In this document: piece by piece, positions 16,131-23,399 of the stretch
Layout of the letters: each line of letters starts with the position of its first letter
How positions within the stretch are numbered: the first letter of the stretch is position 1
DNA from: Tomitella fengzijianii
GTDB lineage: Bacteria > Actinomycetota > Actinomycetes > Mycobacteriales > Mycobacteriaceae
Assembly: GCF_007559025.1 (NCBI RefSeq)
Contig: NZ_CP041765.1
Coordinates: 212,679 to 244,678 of the forward strand
Direction of reading: 5' to 3'
Length of the DNA: 32,000 nucleotides
The notes under the pieces: generated by a model
Told to the model about the DNA's origin: nothing
Seen by the model: only the letters and a program-made list of their open reading frames with translations
The model's database searches: none
Position numbers and translations under genes: made by a program

Positions 16131-16151
16131 CGGTTCCGTACCCTGGGGGCC

Positions 16152-16829
16152 ATGCGCGTTCTGCTCGTCGAGGATGAGCCCTTCATGGCGGAGGCCGTCC
16201 GTGATGGGCTGCGACTGGAAGCGATCGCCGCAGACATCGCCGGTGACGGCGACACTGCCCTGGAGTTGCTGGGCGTCAACGACTACGACATCGCCGTGCT
16301 CGACCGGGACATCCCGGGTCCATCCGGTGACGCGATCGCCCAGCACATCGTGGCCTCCGGCAGCAGTATGCCGATCATCATGCTCACCGCCGCCGACCGG
16401 CTGGACGACAAGGCTTCGGGGTTCGAGCTCGGCGCCGACGACTACCTGACGAAACCCTTCGAACTCAGAGAGCTCGTGCTCAGGCTCAGGGCGCTCGACC
16501 GCAGACGTGCCCACAACAGGCCGCCCGTGCGTGAGATCGCGGGCCTGCGCCTGGATCCGTTCCGCCGCGAGGTCTACCGTGACGGCCGGTACGTCGCGCT
16601 CACCCGCAAACAGTTCGCCGTGCTCGAAGTCCTCGTCGCCGCCGAAGGCGGGGTGATCAGCGCCGAAGAGCTACTCGAGAAGGGATGGGATGAGAACGCC
16701 GACCCCTTCACGAACGCGGTGCGAATCACAGTCTCAGCGCTCCGTAAACGGCTTGGCGAGCCCTGGCTGATCGCCACCGTCGCCGGCGTGGGGTATCGCA
16801 TCGACACGGCCACCACCAGCGATCGGTAG
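16152..16829 (+). CDS. vanR: OmpR-family response regulator VanR
   Basis: 225 aa beginning MRVLLVEDEP, with receiver Asp in AVLDRDIPG and a winged-helix C-terminus (LTRKQFAVLEVL...VGYRI). It lies next to VanS and the vanHAX genes. Only the last 225 codons of track ORF 15018-16829 are used. Confidence 0.9.
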   Translation: MRVLLVEDEPFMAEAVRDGLRLEAIAADIAGDGDTALELLGVNDYDIAVLDRDIPGPSGDAIAQHIVASGSSMPIIMLTAADRLDDKASGFELGADDYLTKPFELRELVLRLRALDRRRAHNRPPVREIAGLRLDPFRREVYRDGRYVALTRKQFAVLEVLVAAEGGVISAEELLEKGWDENADPFTNAVRITVSALRKRLGEPWLIATVAGVGYRIDTATTSDR

Positions 16830-16838
16830 GGCGCGGCG

Positions 16839-17930
16839 GTGGTCAGAGCACGCGGTTTGAGTGTGCGCCTCAAACTCACCCTCAGCTACGCCGGGTTCCT
16901 CATGCTCGCCGGCGTCCTGCTGCTCGGAGCGGTGTTCGTGTTCCTCCTGAAGTACCAGGAGATCGGCATTTCGAGATCCGGCGTGGTGATTTCACCGCCT
17001 GGCACCGTCCTGATCCGCGCCTTCGCGCCGACCGCGGGAATCGTGCTGGCGTGTTTGCTGGTGTTCGGCCTGGTGGGAGGCTGGCTGCTGGCCGGACGGA
17101 TGCTCTCGCCGCTGAACCGCATCACCGCCGCCACACGTACGGCCGCGACCGGGTCGCTCGCCCACCGGATCCGGCTCCCGGGGCGCCGTGATGAGTTCCG
17201 TGAACTCGCCGACGCCTTCGACGCCATGCTTGCCCGGCTCGAAGCGCAGGTGGCCGAGCAGCAGCGCTTCGCGGCCAATGCCTCGCATGAATTGCGCACC
17301 CCGCTCGCGGTCACGCAGACGCTTCTCGATGTGGCGCGCAACGATCCGGATCGCGACAGCGGCCGGCTGATCGAGCGCCTCCGCGCCGTCAATGCCAGGG
17401 CGATCGACCTCACCGAGGCATTGCTGCTCCTGAGCCGCACGGACCAGCGGTCCTTCGTCCGGGAAACCGTCGATCTGTCCCTTGTCGCGGAGGAAGCCGC
17501 CGAGACGCTTCTCCCGCTCGCAGAGAAGCGTGACGTCACCGTCGAAACCTCCGGCGACGTGGCTCTCGCGTCCGGCTCGCCGGCGCTCTTGCTGCAGATG
17601 GTCACCAACCTGGTGCACAACGCGATCGTCCACAATCTCCCTCAGAGTGGAACTGTCCGCGTCACAACCAGCGTTCACCCCGGCAGCGTCGTGCTTGCCG
17701 TCGAGAACACCGGCGACAAACTCACCCCGCAGATCGTGGCCACGCTCGCCGAGCCGTTCCAGCGCGGCAGCAGCCGCATCCGCGACGACCACGCAGGTAT
17801 CGGCCTTGGCCTGGCCATCGTGAAGAGCATCGTGCAAGCGCACGACGGAACTCTCACCCTGGCGCCTCGAACCGCGGGCGGGCTCTGCGCCACAGTGCGA
17901 CTACCCGACCCGCGATACACCGGAAGCTGA
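16839..17930 (+). CDS. vanS: sensor histidine kinase VanS
   Basis: Two N-terminal TM helices flank a ~27-aa loop, followed by a HAMP-like linker, H-box ASHELRTPL, N-box LVHNAIVHN, and G-boxes ENTG and GIGLGLAIV. The GTG start is 10 nt after the vanR stop. Confidence 0.9.
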   Translation: MVRARGLSVRLKLTLSYAGFLMLAGVLLLGAVFVFLLKYQEIGISRSGVVISPPGTVLIRAFAPTAGIVLACLLVFGLVGGWLLAGRMLSPLNRITAATRTAATGSLAHRIRLPGRRDEFRELADAFDAMLARLEAQVAEQQRFAANASHELRTPLAVTQTLLDVARNDPDRDSGRLIERLRAVNARAIDLTEALLLLSRTDQRSFVRETVDLSLVAEEAAETLLPLAEKRDVTVETSGDVALASGSPALLLQMVTNLVHNAIVHNLPQSGTVRVTTSVHPGSVVLAVENTGDKLTPQIVATLAEPFQRGSSRIRDDHAGIGLGLAIVKSIVQAHDGTLTLAPRTAGGLCATVRLPDPRYTGS

Positions 17931-17991
17931 CGATCCGAGGAGCCTCCGGCTCGGCCCGCGTCGACCACCGCCGAGGTCCAGGAGACTCCGG

Positions 17992-18600
17992 TCATGTGAT
18001 GGGGAAGTCGAAGTAGGCATCCGGATGCGGCTCGTTTCTCAGGGTGTAGTGCCACCATTCGCAGTCGTAGCGGTCGAATCCGCAGCCTTCCATGATGGAA
18101 CGGAGATGCTCGCGATGAGCGGTCTCGGCTCGCGTGATCTCCCGGGCTCGATGCCGTGAAATCGGGTCCATGAGGTCGTGGCCGCCGCCCATGGAAACCA
18201 GCTCGCCGGTGTCGAGGTGATAGAGCGTCAGGTCCACGGTGCTGCCCCTGCTGTGGCCCGACCTGGTGGCCACATATCCGTGCTCGATCATCTCCGCCCG
18301 GTCGATGTGCGGGTAGTGGCGCAGTTTGGTCCGGCCGTCTTCCGGCTGCTCGGACCAGCGGATGAAGCAGTCGACCGCGCGCTGGGGGCGATATCCGTCC
18401 CACAGAAGCAGCCCGAAGCCACGCGCGGCCGCGTTCTCGTTTGCCTGCTCCAGAGCCGTGCACAGGGCCCGGGTGCCGACAATGCGATTCGCAAGATAAC
18501 CGTCTACTGGCTTGCCGGTGAAGTTGTCCCACGTCGCGTACTTGGCATCCCAGCGTATTCCGGGCACCAGCGCGTCGATGTAGAGGAAGTCGTCGTTCAT
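17992..18600 (-). CDS. vanX: D-Ala-D-Ala dipeptidase VanX (M15D)
   Basis: 202 aa with motifs YATWDNFTG, LLWDGYRP, SGHSRGSTVDLTL and CEWWHYT. Its ATG overlaps the ligase stop (ATGA). Confidence 0.95.
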   Translation of the reverse strand: MNDDFLYIDALVPGIRWDAKYATWDNFTGKPVDGYLANRIVGTRALCTALEQANENAAARGFGLLLWDGYRPQRAVDCFIRWSEQPEDGRTKLRHYPHIDRAEMIEHGYVATRSGHSRGSTVDLTLYHLDTGELVSMGGGHDLMDPISRHRAREITRAETAHREHLRSIMEGCGFDRYDCEWWHYTLRNEPHPDAYFDFPIT

Positions 18601-19637
18601 CGTCGACCGCCGTCCAAAGCCGCGGAGATGAGACTGTCTATGAGAGCGGACGGCGGGACTCCTGCGGCGGCCATCATCCGCGGGTACCGGCTGTAAGAAG
18701 TCATGCCGGGCATCGTGTTGACCTCGTTGAGCACCACTTGCCCGTCATCGGTGAGGAACATGTCGACACGGGCGAGCCCCCGGCAACCGAGAGCCCGATA
18801 GATGGCCTTGGCGGCATCTTGCACGCGTTGGCGCGACTCGTCGGAGATGTCGGCGGGAACGATGAAGGTCGAGTTCTCCGATCCCGTCTCCGGGGAGCTC
18901 TCTTGGTGGATTCTGAAGAATCCGTGCGTGAGGTCGACGCGGTCCACCTCGCCCGTGATCACGCTGAACCGGTCTCCGAGGACTGCGCAGCCGATCTCGT
19001 CGCCGGCCACGGCCTCCTCGACCAGGACTCTCGAGTCATACTGGCGCGCTGCGCGCAGCGCGATCGGAAGGTCTTCCGCCCGAGTGACTTTGCTGACCCC
19101 GAAAGAGGAACCGGAGCGGGCGGGCTTCACGAAGACGGGATAGCGGATACAGCCGGATTCGACCTTGTCGTCCGCCGTGACGACCCGGAAGCGAGGGGTG
19201 GCGATCCCCGCGCTTGTGGCGACGGTGTAGGCCAGCGACTTGTCCATGCACACGGCCGAGCTCTGGATGTCGCAGCCGACATAGGGGATGCCGGAGAGTT
19301 CCAACAGGCCTTGGATCGCGCCGTCCTCACCGAGTTTGCCGTGGAGCAGAGGGAAGACGAGGTCGAGATGCAGCGCCTCGTAGCCGTTCCGCCCCATCAC
19401 GAGCAGGCCGTGCACGCTTCGGTCGGGCGACAACATCGCGCGGCGGGTGCTGCCCTCCTCCCAGCCCGCCACAGGGCCGTCGCAAAGTCTCCACTCGCCG
19501 CCTGTCGTGATGCCGATCCAGAACGGTTCATAGCGTGCAAGGTCGAGGTTGCGGGCGATCTCGCGCGCTGACTTGACGGAGACCGCATGCTCTTCGGATA
19601 CGCCGCCGAAGAGAATTCCTACCCTCAGTCTCCTCAT
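18597..19637 (-). CDS. vanA: D-alanine--D-lactate ligase (VanA-type; allele type not determinable here)
   Basis: 346 aa, collinear with enterococcal VanA as I recall it: ILFGGVSEEHAVSVKSA, LHGKLGEDGAIQGLLELSGIPYVGCDIQSSAVCMDKSL, YPVFVKPARSGSSFGV, FFRIHQE..PE.GSEN, LGCRGLARVDMFL, NEVNTMPGMTSYSRYPRMMAAAG. The start was trimmed to ATG 19637, which overlaps the vanH stop (ATGA). Confidence 0.95.
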   Translation of the reverse strand: MRRLRVGILFGGVSEEHAVSVKSAREIARNLDLARYEPFWIGITTGGEWRLCDGPVAGWEEGSTRRAMLSPDRSVHGLLVMGRNGYEALHLDLVFPLLHGKLGEDGAIQGLLELSGIPYVGCDIQSSAVCMDKSLAYTVATSAGIATPRFRVVTADDKVESGCIRYPVFVKPARSGSSFGVSKVTRAEDLPIALRAARQYDSRVLVEEAVAGDEIGCAVLGDRFSVITGEVDRVDLTHGFFRIHQESSPETGSENSTFIVPADISDESRQRVQDAAKAIYRALGCRGLARVDMFLTDDGQVVLNEVNTMPGMTSYSRYPRMMAAAGVPPSALIDSLISAALDGGRR

Positions 19638-20686
19638 GGTGTCTTCTCGCTTTCGAATTCCACGCAGTTGGTGAGGCTGTTCTCGATCGTGTCTTTCAGC
19701 GCGTGATCGGTGTAATAGGCGCAGTGCGGGCTGATCAGCACATTCGGCAGAAGTTGAAGCCGCAGCAACGCGTCGTTCTCGATCGGCTTGTTTCGGCGAT
19801 CGGCGTAGAAGATCCCTTCTTCGCCTTCGAGGACGTCCAGAGCTGCGCCGCCCAACTTGCCGCTCTCCAGCGCGTGGAGGAGGGCTTCGGTGTCGAGCAG
19901 GCACCCGCGGCCGGTGTTGATGATGTATGCGCCGGGCTTCATCAGCTCGATGCGTCGACGATCGAGTAGATGGTGTGTTTCCGCGGTGAGCGGGGTGTGG
20001 AGGGTGACGATGTCGCTTTGCGCGATCAACTCGTCCAGTGGTACGTAGTCGACGTCGGGGTGACGCTGGCAGTCGTGGGCCAGTAGGCTGCTGCCGAAGC
20101 CTTGCAGTCGGTCGATGACCGCTGTGCCGATACGGCCTGTTCCGATCACCCCGACGGTCAGATCGCGTAGCTCCTTACCGCGGGTCGCGCCCAGCCGGTA
20201 GTCATGAACATCCGCGCGACGGATGCTGGATTTCGCGTGGCGCACGGTCATCAGCGTCACCATCAACGTGAAGTCGGCCACGCTGTCCGGCGAGTAGGCG
20301 ACGTTGCCGACCGAGATGCCGAGGCGCCGGGCGTGTGCCACGTCGAGGTGGTTGTAGCCGATGCTCCTGGTGGATATGTATTCCACACCGGCTCCGCTCA
20401 GCGCCAGGAGCGTGGCATCGGTGATCCGGTTCTTGTGGTTCACGCTGATGCATCGGCTGCCACGCGCCAGCGCAGCGTTGGCCTCACAGGCTGGTGCCTC
20501 GGTCACGGTCAGCGACACTCCGAGACGGTCCCCCGCGTCTCGGAACAAGACGGCTTCCTCGTCGCCGCACCCGAAGACTGTGACCTCGGTCGTCGCAAAT
20601 GCCGACGGGCGTCGCTCGGCCATGCCTCGGACTCGACGGCCCGTCATCGCGCTGCTGTGGACCAGATCCGGTTCGGTATTGGGCAT
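19634..20686 (-). CDS. vanH: D-lactate dehydrogenase VanH (D-isomer 2-hydroxyacid dehydrogenase)
   Basis: Collinear with VanH: ITVFGCG, YISTRSIGYNH, VAYSPDSVADFT, GVIGTGRIG, DIVTLHTPL, INTGRG, GKLGGAALDVLEGEE, SPHCAYYT. The start is uncertain. ATG 20686 was chosen because it aligns with the vanY-like ATG in the conserved upstream element. Alternatives are 20698 (TTG), 20647 and 20623. Confidence 0.9.
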   Translation of the reverse strand: MPNTEPDLVHSSAMTGRRVRGMAERRPSAFATTEVTVFGCGDEEAVLFRDAGDRLGVSLTVTEAPACEANAALARGSRCISVNHKNRITDATLLALSGAGVEYISTRSIGYNHLDVAHARRLGISVGNVAYSPDSVADFTLMVTLMTVRHAKSSIRRADVHDYRLGATRGKELRDLTVGVIGTGRIGTAVIDRLQGFGSSLLAHDCQRHPDVDYVPLDELIAQSDIVTLHTPLTAETHHLLDRRRIELMKPGAYIINTGRGCLLDTEALLHALESGKLGGAALDVLEGEEGIFYADRRNKPIENDALLRLQLLPNVLISPHCAYYTDHALKDTIENSLTNCVEFESEKTP

Positions 20687-20709
20687 GGCCCAAGTCAAGG
20701 CGACGATGT

Positions 20710-20752
20710 GTTGCCAGACCGTATGCGATTTTCAATACACGGACGATATGCC
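20710..20752. promoter_or_regulatory. conserved van promoter element, copy A (upstream of vanH)
   Basis: GTTGCCAGACCGTATGCGATTTTCAATACACGGACGATATGCC. The core 27 nt differs from copy B at 4 positions. On the vanH strand it contains TACGGT (TANNNT; plus-strand coordinates 20718-20723) and hexamers CAATAC/CGATAT spaced 11 bp apart. Confidence 0.5.
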
Positions 20753-20819
20753 GCTGAGTCGTGTCAACGCGGCGGCCTCGTCGAGGCTTGCCGTGCAGGG
20801 CATCCGATCTGCGTCGGCC

Positions 20820-21176
20820 GCCTCACTCCTCGACCAGCGCGAACACCCGCGCCGGGCTGCCGGTGCCGCCGACGATGGGCAGGGGCGCCACCACGAGCAC
20901 CGCGCCGGTGGCGGGCAGCTGCGCCAGGTTCTGCAGCGAGGTGACCCCGTACTTGTCGTGCCCCAGCAGGTGGTGGTGGGCGGGGAACGGCGGCTGGAAC
21001 TCGGCGGCCTTGCCCGCGTCGATGCCCACGGTGTCCACGCCGATGCCGGAGATCGGCCGCTCGGTAGCCAGCCACTCGGCCGCCTCGGCGGTGAGTCCGG
21101 GTGTGTGCGAGCCGTTCTCGTCGGCGTTGAGGAACGCCTCCTGATCATCCGAGTACTTCTCCCAGCCGGTGCGGAG
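20820..21176. repeat. direct repeat R3b (3' end of the intact cyclase gene)
   Basis: Partner of 14711-15015. Homology starts only 3 bp beyond the cyclase stop codon. Confidence 0.9.
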
Positions 21177-21590
21177 CAGCAGCCACCCGTTCTCCGGCAG
21201 CCGCCCGTGCTCGGCCTCCCAGGCTTCGATGCGCGGCACGTCGATGAGGAAGTCCGGGTCGTTCTCCACCTCCGCGCGCACGTCGAGCACCACCGCCGGG
21301 CCGACGAGCCTGGGCAGTCCGATGCCGGCGACGTCCTTGCCCTCGCGCCCGGTGATCCAGTGCACGGGTGCGTCGATATGCGTGCCGATGTGCTCGCCGG
21401 TGCGGATGTTGTGGTGCTTCCAGAAGGGGCCGGGCTCGTTGTAGGCGCTGACCTCTTCGAGGCTGAAGTCGATGAGGTTGGAGAACGGCTCGGGCAGCCG
21501 CAGCGTCGGCGTGCCGGCCGACAGCGTGTTGGTCAGGTCGATCATCCTGATCGCCCCGCGGTCGAGGGCGGAAAGCAGTTCGGTGAGCAT
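20823..21590 (-). CDS. cyclase-family hydrolase (kynurenine formamidase / isatin hydrolase family)
   Basis: 255 aa with the metal-binding motif HIGTHIDAPVHW (HxGTHxDxPxH). ATG 21590 is preceded by GAAGGGA. The track ORF extending to 22484 overlaps the ThDP gene in another frame and was trimmed. Confidence 0.85.
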   Translation of the reverse strand: MLTELLSALDRGAIRMIDLTNTLSAGTPTLRLPEPFSNLIDFSLEEVSAYNEPGPFWKHHNIRTGEHIGTHIDAPVHWITGREGKDVAGIGLPRLVGPAVVLDVRAEVENDPDFLIDVPRIEAWEAEHGRLPENGWLLLRTGWEKYSDDQEAFLNADENGSHTPGLTAEAAEWLATERPISGIGVDTVGIDAGKAAEFQPPFPAHHHLLGHDKYGVTSLQNLAQLPATGAVLVVAPLPIVGGTGSPARVFALVEE

Positions 21591-21649
21591 GGTCTGTCCC
21601 TTCGTTGCGATGATGGTCCGTGCCGACGGCGCCGCTGCCGGAGACCCCG

Positions 21650-23296
21650 CTACCCCTCGGCCTTGAACGCGTCGGCGAGCCACCAGGACGGCGCCGAGTC
21701 CGCCACTTTGATGTCCACCAGCAGCGGCGTGTCCCGCGGGCCGGACAGCCATGCGGCGACCGCGTCCAGGTCGCCTTCCTCGCGCACGGTGGCACCGGTG
21801 AACCCGTACCCGCGCCCGACCGCCGCGAAGTCGACGTCGGGGAAGGTGACGAAGCCGTCGTCGCCGTCGGTGCGGCCGAAGTGGTGCACCTCCGCGCCGT
21901 AGGCGGAGTCGTTGTAGACGAGCACCACCATGGGCAGGCCCAGCCGCACCACGGTCTCCAGCTCGGTGGCGCCCATCAGCAGGCCGCCGTCGCCGCAGGC
22001 GGCCACCGTCAGCCTGTCGGGGCGGGCGACGGCATGCCCGATCGCGGAGGCCAGGCCGAGGCCGACGCATTGGAAGGCCTGGCTGAAGCACAGCGAGCGG
22101 GCGTCGGAGATGGTGAGGAACATGCTCGGGTAGCCGAGGAAGTTGCCCGAGTCGACGGCGACGTTCTTGTCGTCGCCGAGCATCCCGTCGAGGGCGATGG
22201 TCGCCGTGCGCGGGTCGATGCGTCCGGGGTTCGCCGACGGCCGGAACGGGACGTCCGGCCACCGGGCGCCGTCGGCGATGCGCTTGCGGTTGGTGCCGGT
22301 GCGCCGCTTGCCGGAGAGCTCCTCCATCTCCGGGATGTGCGCGGCGATGGCGTCGGCGGTGGCGGCCGCGTCGCCGGCGATCTCCAGCTGCACGGGGCGC
22401 TGCAGGCCGAGCCGCGCGGGGGCGTCGTCCACCTGGACCAGCGTGGCCTTCTGCGGCAGCAGGTCGCCGTTGCTGGTGGTCCACCGGCCCAGGCCGCAGC
22501 CGAATGCGACGATCACATCGGAATCGAGGACCAGCTCGGCGGTGAGCGGGCTGGCCAGGTCGCCCATCACGTCCAGGTTGTACGGGTCGCCGTGGAAAAG
22601 GCCCCGGGCGACGGCCGAGGTCGCCGTCAGCCCGCCGGCGAGCCGGGCCAGGTTCAGCAGCTCGTCGCGTGCGTGCCGCGCCCCGCGCCCGCCGATGATC
22701 AGGGGCGCCCGGGCATCCAGCAGCAGCTGTGCGGCGGCCTCGACGTCCGCCGGATCCGGGAGCAGCGGGCGTGCGGCCTGCAGCGGCGGCACCGGGCCGT
22801 CCTCGGGGGACTCCATCGTCTGCACGTCCACCGGGAAGTTGAGCACCACCGGTGTGCGGTCGGCGAGGGCGGTGCGCACCGCCATCCGGACGTCCGCGGT
22901 GGCGGTGTCGCGGGCCACGCGCACCGAGGCGGCACCGACGGCGCGGGCGAGTCCCTCCTGGTCCACGCGGAAGTTGGACAGCCGGTCGCCCGTCGGCGCC
23001 TCCCCGGCGAGCACGATCAGGGGCGTGCCGCTCTTGGCCGCCTCCGTCAGGCCGGTGATCAGGTTGGTCAGCCCGCCGCCCTGGTGCACGGACACCACGG
23101 GCAGCGTGTCGGCCATGCGCGAGTACGCGTCGGCCATCGACACGGCGCCGCCCTCGTGGCGGGCGGAGACGTACGCGGCGCCGCGGTCGATGAGCGCGCG
23201 CGTCACGTGGTAGTTGCCGCTGCCGGCGACGCCGAACACCTGGGTGACCCCGAGGGCGTGGAGCGTCTCGGCGACCCGTTCGTAAACCTTCATCAC
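21650..23296 (-). CDS. thiamine-diphosphate-dependent enzyme (acetolactate synthase / benzoylformate decarboxylase family)
   Basis: 548 aa. The N-terminal Pyr domain reads VFGVAGSGNY...ARHEGGA. The ThDP-binding motif is GDGGLLMGATELETVVRLGLPMVVLVYNDSAYG. Substrate unknown. Confidence 0.85.
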   Translation of the reverse strand: MMKVYERVAETLHALGVTQVFGVAGSGNYHVTRALIDRGAAYVSARHEGGAVSMADAYSRMADTLPVVSVHQGGGLTNLITGLTEAAKSGTPLIVLAGEAPTGDRLSNFRVDQEGLARAVGAASVRVARDTATADVRMAVRTALADRTPVVLNFPVDVQTMESPEDGPVPPLQAARPLLPDPADVEAAAQLLLDARAPLIIGGRGARHARDELLNLARLAGGLTATSAVARGLFHGDPYNLDVMGDLASPLTAELVLDSDVIVAFGCGLGRWTTSNGDLLPQKATLVQVDDAPARLGLQRPVQLEIAGDAAATADAIAAHIPEMEELSGKRRTGTNRKRIADGARWPDVPFRPSANPGRIDPRTATIALDGMLGDDKNVAVDSGNFLGYPSMFLTISDARSLCFSQAFQCVGLGLASAIGHAVARPDRLTVAACGDGGLLMGATELETVVRLGLPMVVLVYNDSAYGAEVHHFGRTDGDDGFVTFPDVDFAAVGRGYGFTGATVREEGDLDAVAAWLSGPRDTPLLVDIKVADSAPSWWLADAFKAEG

Positions 23297-23399
23297 TCGT
23301 ACCCCATCCGCTTATTTCACAGTCTTTTCGTCGTCGGTGCGCAGGCTTCGCCGCTTTCGGCGGTGACCGCCTTCACCGCTGCCGCCGCGTCCCGGCGGG

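Noticed and set aside
15018-16151. N-terminal 378 codons of the 603-aa ORF 15018-16829
   Set aside because: Only the last 225 codons encode the response regulator. The upstream part is antisense to the chimeric pseudogene and the vanY-like gene and runs through a promoter region.
17931-17991. Possible bidirectional terminator between the convergent vanS and vanX genes
   Set aside because: I found only a 5-bp stem (GAGCC-tcc-GGCTC), which is too weak to call. A similarly weak stem lies after the vanY-like stop (15425-15438, 2-nt loop). The long-loop stems at 8760-8797 and 11966-11992 were also not reported.
12854-21176. Searched the accessory region for an integrase, transposase, IS ends, a tRNA attachment site or short terminal inverted repeats
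   Set aside because: I recognised none. The only repeats I could verify are the three direct-repeat pairs described above, so I do not call a mobile element. The segmental-duplication interpretation fits the sequence better.
21591-22484. N-terminal extension making the cyclase a 553-aa protein
   Set aside because: The extension overlaps the ThDP-enzyme gene in another frame and translates to Arg/Pro/Gly-rich sequence. A good RBS precedes ATG 21590, which gives a normal 255-aa cyclase-family protein.
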